This document shows positions 8,150 through 18,745 of a stretch of 64,000 nucleotides of DNA, piece by piece; the stretch's first letter is position 1, and each line of letters opens with the position of its first letter. Origin of the DNA: Giardia intestinalis (lineage: Eukaryota); assembly GCA_000002435.2 (NCBI GenBank), contig CM018791.1. The stretch is one strand, 5' to 3'. A model generated the notes under the pieces. It saw only the letters and a list, made by a program, of their open reading frames with translations, did not search any database and was not told the DNA's origin. The position numbers and the translations under genes are program-made.

Positions 8150-11100
8150 ATGAAAACTTCGCTTGCGGATCTTCTGCGAAAGCCACTTCTACGGCATGCA
8201 TTTGATCCCCACGAGCGAGGCAGCAATTTATCCGGAGACCGGGACAGGCAAGGAACGGTAGACCATGGTCAGAATCACGCTCATTGTGTGCAGACCCACC
8301 ATTCATCACCCAGCTCTGCAAGCGGGGAATGCATAAAAATGGAGCCCGCTCAGAGCCATAAAAATCAAGTGGATCCTGAGGACCGGCTGCAGCCGCGCTC
8401 AGATGGTCCAAAACCGCCACAGTCTCAAGAAGCCGGTGTATGCCTTACTTATCAATTGCCATACCTTTCATTTGGAAAAAGAATGATAAAGGTGTTTCCA
8501 AATCTCAACATTACTAACGCTCACCGTGAATTCATGGTTCTCTACGAATTTGACTATCGATTGACAGAATTTTCGCTCATAACGTACCTGACCCAAAAGA
8601 GACGAGCATTCCTCAGCGAAGTGGACCTTTATGCAGAAACAGACTTGGGATCTCCTGAGGATGTGGAGGCATCCCAGTATCTAATCCTTGCCAATCTGAT
8701 TTCTAGGCCAAGGTTGCGAGGGTTTTATCGACCGCTGAATTCTTACTATGCTGTTAACTGTCTCCTTTACCACGATCCACAGCCAGCTAAGACCCTCAAG
8801 ACGTCGTTTCTTCAAAGCCTACAGCAGCAGTCGTTACTTAACATGCGATTTGCTGCTGAGAAGCGGGAAATGGCTGCTACCCTTAAGCAGAAAATGCTTT
8901 CTTTGACAACCGGGAACTTCAAACTCTCGATTGTTTGTAGACATGAATCGCCCTTGATAGGGAAAATATTTGGCTCTGGCCTACAGAAATACATGCTTCC
9001 TAGATCCCAAATACTGACCACTACTGGAAAGCAAGGGTCCTCGGGAGTTAACAAATATTCAAATCTGCCAGACTTTGCCTTCAAAACGTATACTGATGAC
9101 ATGATCAATAGCCTAATTTACATGTACTTGCGCCAGTTTGAAAACGTGTATACATTAGAAGATGCCCGGCAAAAGCGGATTTTCCTGCCACCTGTCTTTT
9201 TGACGTTACTGTTGGAGATAACACGCTATGAGCTGCATGTCATGTCGCGATTGGGGGTGGATCCCACCGTGACCCTCGAGACTACAACAAATAGGAGTAC
9301 TGTGGAAGCCCATGAGATCTCAGCAATGCTGGACTCTATTCTCGCTCGAACTAACCCCTCAGACATAGACCCAGCATGCACTGTCAATTACAGCTACCTT
9401 TTCAAGACCGATTCTTTTGCCGAGTCCGGTTCAGCAGAAGCCCAGGAGGCACTAGAGACACTTATAGAGTCACATCCCGGCTTTACAGAGCGGCATAAGG
9501 CGCTGCTTTATCAAGCAGAGCTCGGGCTGAAGTTGATAGAGTATATCTTGAAGAATACTGGGTACGAGAACAATCTTCACTTTGAGCAGCGGCTGTACGA
9601 CCAAGTCCACATCCAATATCCCATAGAACTCACCACACAGCCTGTATCCATTCAGCATGGTCGATTAAAGAACTACCAGCTGGACGGTGTGAAATTCCTC
9701 GTGTCTTTGTACCGCTCGAGCAATGCCAATCTACAAGATCTTCAAACTGGGACAGGAAGCTCTGGCTGTCTTCTTGCAGATGACATGGGTTGTGGGAAAA
9801 CAGCGCAATCCATAGCCTTTCTGGCGTACTTATCAGACAATCGCATATCTACCGGGATGCACTTGATAATATCCCCACTGGCTGTGTCTGACAGTTGGGC
9901 CACTGAGTTTCAGACATGGTTCCCCAACTTCTCTATTCTTCTCTACAAAGGTGACCAGGAGCAAAGAGCAAAGTATCGGCGACATATCCTGACACTATCC
10001 AAAGGCAACATCAGCGTGTTAACGGATTACGGCGGGCCAGCAATCAAGGATAAGGATTCTCGAACAGCATCTGGCTCAGCTGGGTATTCTTCAGGCGATT
10101 CCGGCAAGTCCACAAATCAAATCCTCTCAAATATTAATGCAATCGTAACGACCTATGAGTACGCCATCAAAGATCGGAGCTTTTTCAGGCAGATTGACTT
10201 TGACGTCGTTATTGTTGATGAAGCGTCAAGAGTTAAGAATGCACGGGGAAAGCTCATAGACGTACTAAAGAAGAGTATCAATTGTAGGTTTAGAATCCTG
10301 CTCAGTGGAACACCTATACAGAATAACCTTCGGGAGTTATTCACCCTGTTAGGTCTGATTCATCCTGCCGTATTTTGCGATTATGATCGCTTTGAAAGCA
10401 TATTTGGCCAAGTGTTCTCACTGGCACATACTGGACGTAACTCAGACCTACACCATGCACACCATGGCTACCATGGCTTCAGAAGACGTGCAAGCACTGA
10501 TAGCGCGCAGCTGGAGGTATCCGACATGAGAACAGGTGCTTCTCCCTCTCTCAGCTCTGTCCAAATGCAAAGCATGCAAAGCATATCTACTACAACTTCT
10601 CAAGCTGTGGGGCGCCGAAGCAAGCGCCAATGCGGATCTACTGCAGTCACCTTTGCAGATGACCTTGGTGAAGATGAGCTAGACAGCAGCTACTCTTACT
10701 CAAACAAGGACAGCAGCGAAGACGAAAATGATAATGATTCAGAGCTGAGCCGGGTTTCTTCTGTGCCCACAGAGATGATGGTTCCGATAGGGTCCACTGC
10801 TAGCTTAATTGGTGCAAAAACAGCTTCTTCCTTACCAGAACTAACTCAGGATCTGCCCCAAAACGCTCCCATTACAAAGGACAACATTGCAGAGGTCGCC
10901 ATACAACTGGCTGAGAACATCGATAAGATATCTGGCCTGACAAACTCACAGAAGACATTCATCGTTGAGAGACTTCACGGTATTTTGAAACCATTTCTTC
11001 TGCGGCGTGTTAAGACTGAGGTTCTTGCACAACTGCCTCCAAAAGAAGAGATTATTATCCGTGTCCCGCTGTCCGCGTTTCAGCTATTTTTTTATAATTT

Positions 11101-14100
11101 GGCGATAGCGAACGGGCGAGCCATGACTAATCCAGACTTAGCATCCTCCCTGCCAGCAAACTTCATTCGCAACCTTGACATCTACTTACGATGTGTTTGT
11201 AATCATCCATTTACCGCACTCGAGCATGATAAGCTCCAGTTGCTTTATAACTTTTATCTGATGAAAGCCAAATCATTTAGTGCTAGGCACAAAGCAGAAA
11301 ATACTGACTTTTATAGGCAGTATGGGGGAGCAAAGGAGGAGGCATCGAAGGACGCTACTGCTTCAATGCCTCCTAATAACTTTAATGTTCTGGAAAATAT
11401 GTATGTTAACGACCAAATATGGCGTGTCTCAGGAAAGCTAGAGCTTCTAGATAACATTCTTGCAAAGTTGCACAAGACAAGCCATCGGGTGCTCATCTTC
11501 AGTCAATTTAAAAAGGTCCTCGACGTCCTTTCTAGTTATTTGCATTATCGCCAGTACAAGTTTGTGCGCTTTGATGGCAGTGTCAAAGACGTAGACCGTA
11601 ATAGCATGATTCGGGGGTACAATAGGGAAGATAGCAAAGACTTTGTCTTCCTCCTCAGTACACGTGCGGCATCTCACGGACTAAATCTCCAAACAGCAGA
11701 TACAGTCATTATCTTTGATTGTGACTACAATGGCACGTATGATCAGCAGGCTCAGGATCGGTGCTATAGGCTTGGACAGGTCAACCCCGTAAAAGTGTTC
11801 AAGCTCTATTCAAATACGGCGATTGAAAGTAAAATGTTGTCGGTGGCGACGTCAAAACTCAGCCTGGCCACGATTGTGATGGACGCGGGCACATACACCA
11901 CCAACGCAGGTGATAAGACCGACGGTACGGCTGGCGCAACAGTGACCGGGGGTGGAGCGCGCAAGAAAACAAAGATGTCAACGCAGGAGTATATCCTCGA
12001 GGTTCTTAGTGCCAACTCTGTCGTTCCAGATGACGTTCACATACCGACCTCCGAAGAAATCAATCGGTATCTGGCTAGAAACGATATGGAGTTTCAAGCC
12101 TTTCAAATGCATGACATTGAGACGTCCCTGTACTGGCGGAAAAGAAACTTTGACGAGGACGTCCCTCGGCTGGATCCAGAGATTCCATCTGTTTTTTCTG
12201 AGCAGAAGGACCAGATTTACGAAGAGATGCGAGAGATGAATCTCTTGGAAGATAAGCAGGAGGTTGTAATGCCTAACATGCAGATTCCTTCAGCAGAGAG
12301 CGGCGGTAAGAGAAGCCATTCTGCTGGTGCTGATTCTAACAGCACTACCAGCGATTATGACGAAGACGACAGCCTAGACGAGGGATTGCTTGCTTCAGAA
12401 ACAGATACCGGGGGGTCACAGCAGCGGAAGTTAGTGCCCAAGGTACTCAAGAAGACACAGTCTATTAAGAAATCCATGAGCCGGTCTCTCACGGCACAAG
12501 ACCTGTCTGAGTCTGCAGTTTTCAGTTTGTGCATGCAAGTGGACAAGTCTCTACGAGACGATCCCGCCTTCCGTAACTCGATAGTCCTCAGCTCTACAAT
12601 TATCCAGAAGACATCCGTTGTTCTGACTCCTGTCGTAGATACCCCTATAGCCTGCTTTTTAATCGACCATGGACACTCAAGTGGTGTCCTGTTTCTTGTC
12701 TCGACAATGGTCGGGATGGCAGATCTATTGCGCCGCGAGGATGCATATAACAACTTAGGGGCTTGCGTAACACAGTACGTATCGTCAAATCTTTCTAGTT
12801 TGTTTGCATGTTTCTCTCGACAGAGCTTGGTTAAGCAATCTGCTGAATCGGTAAGTCTTGCACAGCACCTTTCTTCGCTGGTCATGGCCCCGGGCTTTTC
12901 ATCACCAGGCAACGCTGGCTCTGGGAGCTGGGACTCATATTTGTTTTTGACCGGTAGCGAATCTATTTTGCAGACAGCATACACGTTTCCACTGGCACAG
13001 CAGGGCCATCCTCTCTCTACGTATCAACTACTTTTCACGAAAGCAGCACTATTCATCATGGCCCTGAAGCTTGAACGGGACGTGTTCCACAACGATCTAC
13101 TCTCCTATCTTACAACTGATCTAACTAATGCCAAAAAATACACCGGGATATCCTATTCCAGTCTGTTATTTTATTTCTCATCTGGATTGGCTGTTGCGGT
13201 GGAGGAGCAGTCTCTTTGTGCTCCAGATCTCCTGTATAGTAAGCCTTCATCTGAGAGTGCTGTTCTAAACGAATCAGCCGATACAACCTCTTTATTCTTG
13301 CGATCAGATCGAGCATACACGGATGTTTATATTAAGCTGGAGTCTCTGCCGCAGCTCTCTGGAGATATCGATGTAATAAGGAGAGGGTATGCCTGGTACA
13401 ATGGTCTATCACAGTCACAGAGAGACCAACAACCGTCCTATCTACAATACTTATGTAATGTCATAGACCATTGCCGTGTAGGCGCTGCTTCACAAGATCA
13501 ATTGGACCCCCTGCCAATTTATGTGCGAATAACGACTAATACAGAGAGGCTGCGCTACCTGTACTCTTCTGCACGCAGCAGTGGGGTAACCACAGATGTT
13601 CTTCGTTTACTTTATGCGACTGTCTCATTCCACCTGCGCATAATGGCCATCTTCAACTATCTGATTCATCTGATTGATCCTCTTTGTGCTCACCCCAGTG
13701 AGGACAGCGTTGACGTTTCTTCTACTGTCGCAGGTGACTCTGAACCCGAATCCGGAAAGGAAGACTCTAGTAAGGCGTTACTCACTTATCGGATTCTCTC
13801 CCAATTTTGGATACTACCAAGCAAAACAGAGCTACCATCTTATTACCACGCTATCCCTTATCCGCGATCACTTGCTTACATATACTACAAACTGATAACG
13901 CTGTCATATTTATCCCTGCATGAATTCGTAGCAGATATGCGTCAGAGTTTTAAAAACTGCCTGCAATTCAATGAGCGAAGCTCAGCTTTTTGTGAGCATG
14001 CTAAGGTGTGCAATGAGCTCACTTTCCAGCAAATCTCTCAGCACTTCCAGTACTGTAATGCAAGTAGTGTAATATCTTGGTTTACCGCCTATGAACGGCG

Positions 14101-14389
14101 TCTCAGCGTAGTGAAGAAGGGATACACTCTGTTATCTACCTTTGTAGGTTGCGGCATATATGAGTTGCTGAGCCTCCCGATCACAGAGGGCCCTGGGCCC
14201 TTCCATCTTGAGATGGATGGAGAAAAGTGCAAAGGGCTTATACTCTCCTACGGGTCTGGTGCAGATATGGCTGGGTTGTGTGCCTATGATATCTTACGGT
14301 ACGCCATAGCTGCAGCTAAGGAGGGTGAAAGCGGCACAGGAAGTACTGTTACATACCCAGACGCCTCTGTCCGTCACGTCAAGAAGTAG
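8150..14389 (+). CDS. SNF2/Brahma-type chromatin-remodelling ATPase with a C-terminal bromodomain (2079 aa).
   Basis: SNF2_N motifs: LKNYQLDGVKFL, ADDMGCGKT (Walker A), VVIVDEASRVKN (DEAx box), LLSGTPIQNNLRELFTLL. Helicase-C: VLIFSQFKKVLDVL...RFDGS, LLSTRAASHGLNLQTADTVIIFDCDYN, QAQDRCYRLGQ. Bromodomain-like segment at ~13780-14050 (LPSYYHAIPYPRSLAYIYYKL...LHEFVADMRQSFKNCLQFNERSSAF). A Ser/Asp/Glu-rich low-complexity insert at ~10400-10950 splits the ATPase lobes. Confidence 0.85.
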   Translation: MKTSLADLLRKPLLRHAFDPHERGSNLSGDRDRQGTVDHGQNHAHCVQTHHSSPSSASGECIKMEPAQSHKNQVDPEDRLQPRSDGPKPPQSQEAGVCLTYQLPYLSFGKRMIKVFPNLNITNAHREFMVLYEFDYRLTEFSLITYLTQKRRAFLSEVDLYAETDLGSPEDVEASQYLILANLISRPRLRGFYRPLNSYYAVNCLLYHDPQPAKTLKTSFLQSLQQQSLLNMRFAAEKREMAATLKQKMLSLTTGNFKLSIVCRHESPLIGKIFGSGLQKYMLPRSQILTTTGKQGSSGVNKYSNLPDFAFKTYTDDMINSLIYMYLRQFENVYTLEDARQKRIFLPPVFLTLLLEITRYELHVMSRLGVDPTVTLETTTNRSTVEAHEISAMLDSILARTNPSDIDPACTVNYSYLFKTDSFAESGSAEAQEALETLIESHPGFTERHKALLYQAELGLKLIEYILKNTGYENNLHFEQRLYDQVHIQYPIELTTQPVSIQHGRLKNYQLDGVKFLVSLYRSSNANLQDLQTGTGSSGCLLADDMGCGKTAQSIAFLAYLSDNRISTGMHLIISPLAVSDSWATEFQTWFPNFSILLYKGDQEQRAKYRRHILTLSKGNISVLTDYGGPAIKDKDSRTASGSAGYSSGDSGKSTNQILSNINAIVTTYEYAIKDRSFFRQIDFDVVIVDEASRVKNARGKLIDVLKKSINCRFRILLSGTPIQNNLRELFTLLGLIHPAVFCDYDRFESIFGQVFSLAHTGRNSDLHHAHHGYHGFRRRASTDSAQLEVSDMRTGASPSLSSVQMQSMQSISTTTSQAVGRRSKRQCGSTAVTFADDLGEDELDSSYSYSNKDSSEDENDNDSELSRVSSVPTEMMVPIGSTASLIGAKTASSLPELTQDLPQNAPITKDNIAEVAIQLAENIDKISGLTNSQKTFIVERLHGILKPFLLRRVKTEVLAQLPPKEEIIIRVPLSAFQLFFYNLAIANGRAMTNPDLASSLPANFIRNLDIYLRCVCNHPFTALEHDKLQLLYNFYLMKAKSFSARHKAENTDFYRQYGGAKEEASKDATASMPPNNFNVLENMYVNDQIWRVSGKLELLDNILAKLHKTSHRVLIFSQFKKVLDVLSSYLHYRQYKFVRFDGSVKDVDRNSMIRGYNREDSKDFVFLLSTRAASHGLNLQTADTVIIFDCDYNGTYDQQAQDRCYRLGQVNPVKVFKLYSNTAIESKMLSVATSKLSLATIVMDAGTYTTNAGDKTDGTAGATVTGGGARKKTKMSTQEYILEVLSANSVVPDDVHIPTSEEINRYLARNDMEFQAFQMHDIETSLYWRKRNFDEDVPRLDPEIPSVFSEQKDQIYEEMREMNLLEDKQEVVMPNMQIPSAESGGKRSHSAGADSNSTTSDYDEDDSLDEGLLASETDTGGSQQRKLVPKVLKKTQSIKKSMSRSLTAQDLSESAVFSLCMQVDKSLRDDPAFRNSIVLSSTIIQKTSVVLTPVVDTPIACFLIDHGHSSGVLFLVSTMVGMADLLRREDAYNNLGACVTQYVSSNLSSLFACFSRQSLVKQSAESVSLAQHLSSLVMAPGFSSPGNAGSGSWDSYLFLTGSESILQTAYTFPLAQQGHPLSTYQLLFTKAALFIMALKLERDVFHNDLLSYLTTDLTNAKKYTGISYSSLLFYFSSGLAVAVEEQSLCAPDLLYSKPSSESAVLNESADTTSLFLRSDRAYTDVYIKLESLPQLSGDIDVIRRGYAWYNGLSQSQRDQQPSYLQYLCNVIDHCRVGAASQDQLDPLPIYVRITTNTERLRYLYSSARSSGVTTDVLRLLYATVSFHLRIMAIFNYLIHLIDPLCAHPSEDSVDVSSTVAGDSEPESGKEDSSKALLTYRILSQFWILPSKTELPSYYHAIPYPRSLAYIYYKLITLSYLSLHEFVADMRQSFKNCLQFNERSSAFCEHAKVCNELTFQQISQHFQYCNASSVISWFTAYERRLSVVKKGYTLLSTFVGCGIYELLSLPITEGPGPFHLEMDGEKCKGLILSYGSGADMAGLCAYDILRYAIAAAKEGESGTGSTVTYPDASVRHVKK

Positions 14390-14440
14390 TGTTAGGTTTT
14401 GTTGTAGCCAAAATGCTGCAGCCAATGAAGCCGCTGATGG

Positions 14441-14980
14441 TCACGTTGCGGCCTCAGATGGCGTAAACTTCGTGACTTTCTTGGCGACCTCTGCCTTTAC
14501 CCATTCCAGCGCTTCAAAGGGAGATGCGATCTTTTTCTGGATCTTTGCGTACGAGTCCTGCAGTGGAGGACATATGAACACACGGTACAAGAGAAGCGCA
14601 CACGAAAAGTCATGTTGACCCAACCAGTAGAAGTATAGTGACTTAAACAGTTCATAGTAGGGAACCCATAAGAAAAACTGATCAAGGACATACTCCGCTG
14701 CCATAGAGAGAGCGAAGGCTATCCAGAAGGCACTTGCGTCCTGAATTCTCGCTGCCAGATCCGTGGGCATTTCATCGTCTTCCTGATATTCATTGCACAG
14801 CAGGCGGATGAGACAGTATGACTTGTACGCAGGAACTGCCAGAAAAATTAATCCTCGGACGGCTCTTACGACGGAAGGTAAATCCATTTTTGTGGTGGAT
14901 TTTAATTTTTCATGTCTACGTATACCATCTATGGAGTCCCCACGTGACCTGAGGCGGCTGTGGGACTGCATTTTGGCCAT
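14441..14980 (-). CDS. TB2/DP1/HVA22 (Yop1/REEP) family ER membrane-shaping protein. The start is uncertain.
   Basis: Two hydrophobic hairpins and the family-typical core WIAFALSMAAEYVLDQFFLWVPYYELFKSLYFYWLGQ. The ORF-track start at 14989 is a TTG. Candidate ATG starts are at 14980 (M4) or 14887 (M35). The latter gives the short N-terminus typical of the family and avoids overlap with the divergent gene. Confidence 0.55.
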   Translation of the reverse strand: MAKMQSHSRLRSRGDSIDGIRRHEKLKSTTKMDLPSVVRAVRGLIFLAVPAYKSYCLIRLLCNEYQEDDEMPTDLAARIQDASAFWIAFALSMAAEYVLDQFFLWVPYYELFKSLYFYWLGQHDFSCALLLYRVFICPPLQDSYAKIQKKIASPFEALEWVKAEVAKKVTKFTPSEAAT

Positions 14981-17003
14981 GGGGGACAATGATGTTTACT
15001 ATTCCGAGGCTTGCACAGGCCTTATTGTCACAAGTTTTTATGGAGAGAAGTTGCAGATGGTACTAAAATATCTACGAGACAAGTTCTTTTCTTACACCTG
15101 GTCTACCTTGGAGTCCTTCAGCCAGGATGACTCCGCCCATACCAGGATCACAGCCCTTAAAGGTATCATTAAGTATTCCCGAACCGTATGCTCATCAATG
15201 AGCTTTATTCATTCACATTATTGCAAGGAGCTCCTTGTTGATTTACTTACTCCTGAGGCCAAGGATGCCTCGTTTAGCTATAACAGCAAGGACCTTCTAA
15301 GTCCCATTTACAACCGTCTTTGCACCCTCCGTGAACTGTATTGTCCTAGTGCATTACGGGGAGCCAGTGTGCAAAGACCCAACCTTTATATTGAAGGCAT
15401 TCGTGTAGCAACAACGCCAATCAAGGAGGTTCTTCTTCTCTATAGCGAGCTCTCACCAAATCACAAAGAGGAAGTCCAGGAGATGGTAGAGGGAGCGCTC
15501 TTATTTGATGCGGACAGGTACTTATTGGACTTCACAGAGTTTGTATCTGTACAATTGAACGCACCCTTAGGTTGCCATGCAGTGGAGCTCTTTCATCGCT
15601 TGTCCATCTTTGAAGAGGAAATGCTATCTGCGCTGCATCAGATACTTCCAGTGGAATCCAAATTCGATCCAGCGCAGACCCTGGCTCGAGTGTGCAATGC
15701 CGCTATCTGTCTAGGCGTGAAAATGCATCCCGAAAGACACTGGGAAGGCATAAGAATTATTGTAGATAAACTAGTAAAAGAAGAGATTCCTGTATGCAGT
15801 ACAATGGTGTCATTTATGGATCATACCATCCTTGCCTTCATAATGAACAAACGACACAGAGAGTTTGTGGATATCATGACTAACATAGTATGCAGAGGAC
15901 TTACTGCCGCCAACGACGTACAGTGCCTCTTTAGATCTCTATTCAGAGTAGACACTTTGACCAATCATACGGGTGTACACTACGCAAAGCTCTTGGACAC
16001 AATCCATAATAGATTAAATAGTGTTATCAGCAATGGAAGCTGCTCCATCAAGGAACAAATAGGACTATATGCAGCAGCGTTTATCAACTTCCACCATGTG
16101 AGGGGAGAGATGGAAGCCCTGACAAAGATCATGCCTCACAAACCATTATTCTTTTGCAAACTGTTTGAAGAACGGATATTGTTGGATCTCTTTTCACGTA
16201 TGACTGCACTGCGACTGGGGTTAACCTTCATGGATCAACATCTTGACAAACTATCCTATATTCTGGCCGAGCTGGAGCTGTTCACGGTGCTAGCATCCAT
16301 ATTTACGCCATGCCTTACTCAGCTGTATGCATACGTGCTTACCATTTCAACAGGGTGTAGAGAGGCACGTCAGATTGAAGCGAAATCGAAAGCTTTGTAT
16401 GCTTTTGTCACGACATCAGGGTGGAAGAGCTCGATGCCAAAGATAGCTGGGCTAATAGCTACATTGGTCCAGCCAGTAACATCCAGTAATGTTGAGATAG
16501 GATTTTCGAATATTCGCTTGCCAGAGACAGTAAAGACAGCCCTCTGTGAGGCCAGATTTGCCGCCATAAATGTCGGAGCCGATGACAGGCTGAGAGTGGT
16601 CCGCGAAGATTGCCTTCGCAAACTAACAAGAAACAGTTGTGACACAGATTGCTTAAATCAATTGGTAAGTGCAGGTTACTTTTATGTATCAATATCTCCA
16701 GAAGATATGAACTTCCCATTGAAGCTCACAGATTCCTTAAGCAACAGAACCAGAAGCGATAACAATACCAATAGCAATAGCGGTAACAAGGAACCAAAGA
16801 AACTGGAGATCATGGCACGCCTGTCGCGGATGGTGAAGACATCAGGAAGGATCTCTGTTGAAGATCTGGTAAATGCTTGCCATGAACACTATAAAGCAAC
16901 CAGTACCATTACCAAAAGCGAAATATCAGACATAGTTCAGCGTCTCACTGAGTCTGACGTACTAGAGTGGACGGGAGAGAAGATGCTGCAATGGCATGAT
17001 TAA
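14931..17003 (+). CDS. Hypothetical protein (~690 aa, alpha-helical). No recognisable domain.
   Basis: Long ORF. The ORF-track start at 14793 would overlap the divergent Yop1-like gene. Internal ATGs at 14931 (MESPRDL...) or 14979 (MGDNDVYY...) are more plausible. The stop TAA at 17001-17003 overlaps the stop of the convergent gene (TTAA). Confidence 0.65.
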   Translation: MESPRDLRRLWDCILAMGDNDVYYSEACTGLIVTSFYGEKLQMVLKYLRDKFFSYTWSTLESFSQDDSAHTRITALKGIIKYSRTVCSSMSFIHSHYCKELLVDLLTPEAKDASFSYNSKDLLSPIYNRLCTLRELYCPSALRGASVQRPNLYIEGIRVATTPIKEVLLLYSELSPNHKEEVQEMVEGALLFDADRYLLDFTEFVSVQLNAPLGCHAVELFHRLSIFEEEMLSALHQILPVESKFDPAQTLARVCNAAICLGVKMHPERHWEGIRIIVDKLVKEEIPVCSTMVSFMDHTILAFIMNKRHREFVDIMTNIVCRGLTAANDVQCLFRSLFRVDTLTNHTGVHYAKLLDTIHNRLNSVISNGSCSIKEQIGLYAAAFINFHHVRGEMEALTKIMPHKPLFFCKLFEERILLDLFSRMTALRLGLTFMDQHLDKLSYILAELELFTVLASIFTPCLTQLYAYVLTISTGCREARQIEAKSKALYAFVTTSGWKSSMPKIAGLIATLVQPVTSSNVEIGFSNIRLPETVKTALCEARFAAINVGADDRLRVVREDCLRKLTRNSCDTDCLNQLVSAGYFYVSISPEDMNFPLKLTDSLSNRTRSDNNTNSNSGNKEPKKLEIMARLSRMVKTSGRISVEDLVNACHEHYKATSTITKSEISDIVQRLTESDVLEWTGEKMLQWHD

Positions 17004-18745
17004 GAATTTGAAAACTCTTGAGGCTCTTGTGGTTTGCTGACGCTGTTATGTCGCTCAACAGCGATGAGGCACACAAAAAGAAAAGTAATGGCCATAAAGA
17101 ACACCCCCAAAACAATCCCATACAGCTTGAAGTTGGGCCCGAATATATTGCTTATTATAATCTCGTCTATGGGATATACCTTTCCACAGGCTCTAGTGTT
17201 GTTCATGAGCTGGTAATATACCATGCTAGCCTGTGAGTTCAAATTACTTATTATAGTTTGACACAAATCACTGGTTGTGGCCGTGGTGGAAGAAGATGAA
17301 ATTAAACATCTCATGCTCGCAAAGAGTGACTCAGTTTGCTTCTGTAAAGGCATGAGAACTGTGATGTTTTCTTTTTCGATACTCTCAAAGAAAATATCCT
17401 GAAAAATCTTACGATTCGGGGCGAAGATTAGCCGGATGTGAGTGCAATCAGTACCTATGGCGCTGTTTTCACGCAGGATAGTGTTAGACGCGTTAAACAT
17501 CAACATGAAGGATGTCACAGTAACAGACGCTGTGTCCCAGTCGACCAGTTCAACAATGTTGACAAGGTACCTAGCTATATCTATGGAGCCGCCGCCTAGG
17601 TGCATTGCCAAAATAAAGTCAGAGATAAGTGATGACTGAAATAGTTCTTCGGCGACTCTCAGCGTCGTCTTTCCCTTGTGAATCATCGATATGCATGTCG
17701 AGCAGTTGTATACAAGCACCCCTTTGCCGTCTACCAAGTTTAGTGCAACTGGGGACACGAATCGCGCGGGCTCTAATGGGCTCTTAAAACCAAATATCAG
17801 AAGCTCTGGCGACAAGGAGTAAATGGGCACATTGTCATGAGTCTTAGTGAAGGGACAGGCTGCAGAGATGGTCCTAGATATGTAGACAGAGATAGTCTTT
17901 GTTGATATTACCACTCGAACATTGGAGAAGCAATCATAGTAGTTAACCGTGCGTAAGCCGAAAAGCCGATTAGTCAAGATTGCATACTTGTTTCCAAGAG
18001 AAATGTTGAAGGTCATGTACAGGAAAACAAACGGACTGCTAACAAGAGAGTAGTAGTTGGAGGTGCACTCATCTTCACAATGAAAAGTAACCAGCGCATC
18101 GGTCAGGATAGAAGACGTGGGCTTGATAGATTTCTGCAAGAACTTTCTGAGCTTGTTGGTGGAGCTGTCCAGATATATGAGGGTGAGGTGATGGTCTATG
18201 ATTGCACTCATAGGTATCATGGAGCACTTGTAAGACGGGTGCAGCTGGGCAAGAAACACAACTCGGGACTTCTCCATGAGGATATCGAGAGTTTGGTCGT
18301 TGGAAAAACAATCCCGATAATTATAACTGTCGACCTTCAACGTCATAATCTGTCGGGACGCAAGTAGCTGAGAAGTAGCGCTCGAGACAGATATATGAAC
18401 GCCTGACTTGTAGGAGACATCACACAAATTGCGGTGTGAGTCGTCATCGTGCCATGAGAAGAAATCAATAAGCATAGTATCGTTGTACGAATCCAGCATT
18501 ACCAAAATTTGATCACGATTCGACGTCAGGAAGTGGAGAAGGATCTCTCCCTGAAAGCTTGCACAAAGGGGATTTTCAAGATTAGGACTGAATCCTTGCA
18601 AAACGAAAAGACACGAACCATAGATCGCGGTTCCATTCATCAGACTTTGAAGACACACCCCCAGATCTTGCTTAAGGAAGTCATCAGGGTATGCTATCTC
18701 TGTGTCATAATTATGAAGGGAGACCAGCATGAGCAAGAAGAGCAT
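17000..18745 (-). CDS. Hypothetical type I membrane protein (581 aa): signal peptide, large lumenal/extracellular domain, C-terminal TM anchor.
   Basis: N-terminal MLFLLMLVSLHNY. C-terminal hydrophobic segment YGIVLGVFFMAITFLFVCLIAV followed by a short charged tail. ATG confirmed at 18743-18745. Confidence 0.7.
   Translation of the reverse strand: MLFLLMLVSLHNYDTEIAYPDDFLKQDLGVCLQSLMNGTAIYGSCLFVLQGFSPNLENPLCASFQGEILLHFLTSNRDQILVMLDSYNDTMLIDFFSWHDDDSHRNLCDVSYKSGVHISVSSATSQLLASRQIMTLKVDSYNYRDCFSNDQTLDILMEKSRVVFLAQLHPSYKCSMIPMSAIIDHHLTLIYLDSSTNKLRKFLQKSIKPTSSILTDALVTFHCEDECTSNYYSLVSSPFVFLYMTFNISLGNKYAILTNRLFGLRTVNYYDCFSNVRVVISTKTISVYISRTISAACPFTKTHDNVPIYSLSPELLIFGFKSPLEPARFVSPVALNLVDGKGVLVYNCSTCISMIHKGKTTLRVAEELFQSSLISDFILAMHLGGGSIDIARYLVNIVELVDWDTASVTVTSFMLMFNASNTILRENSAIGTDCTHIRLIFAPNRKIFQDIFFESIEKENITVLMPLQKQTESLFASMRCLISSSSTTATTSDLCQTIISNLNSQASMVYYQLMNNTRACGKVYPIDEIIISNIFGPNFKLYGIVLGVFFMAITFLFVCLIAVERHNSVSKPQEPQEFSNS

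Noticed and set aside
12355-12984. Antisense or embedded ORFs of 140-234 aa inside large genes (e.g. 12355-12984 -, 21558-22262 -, 42795-43223 +, 45106-45552 -, 456-1010 -).
   Set aside because: Each is fully nested in a longer ORF that has recognisable domains or much greater length. They have no initiator context and biased low-complexity translations. They are taken as spurious.
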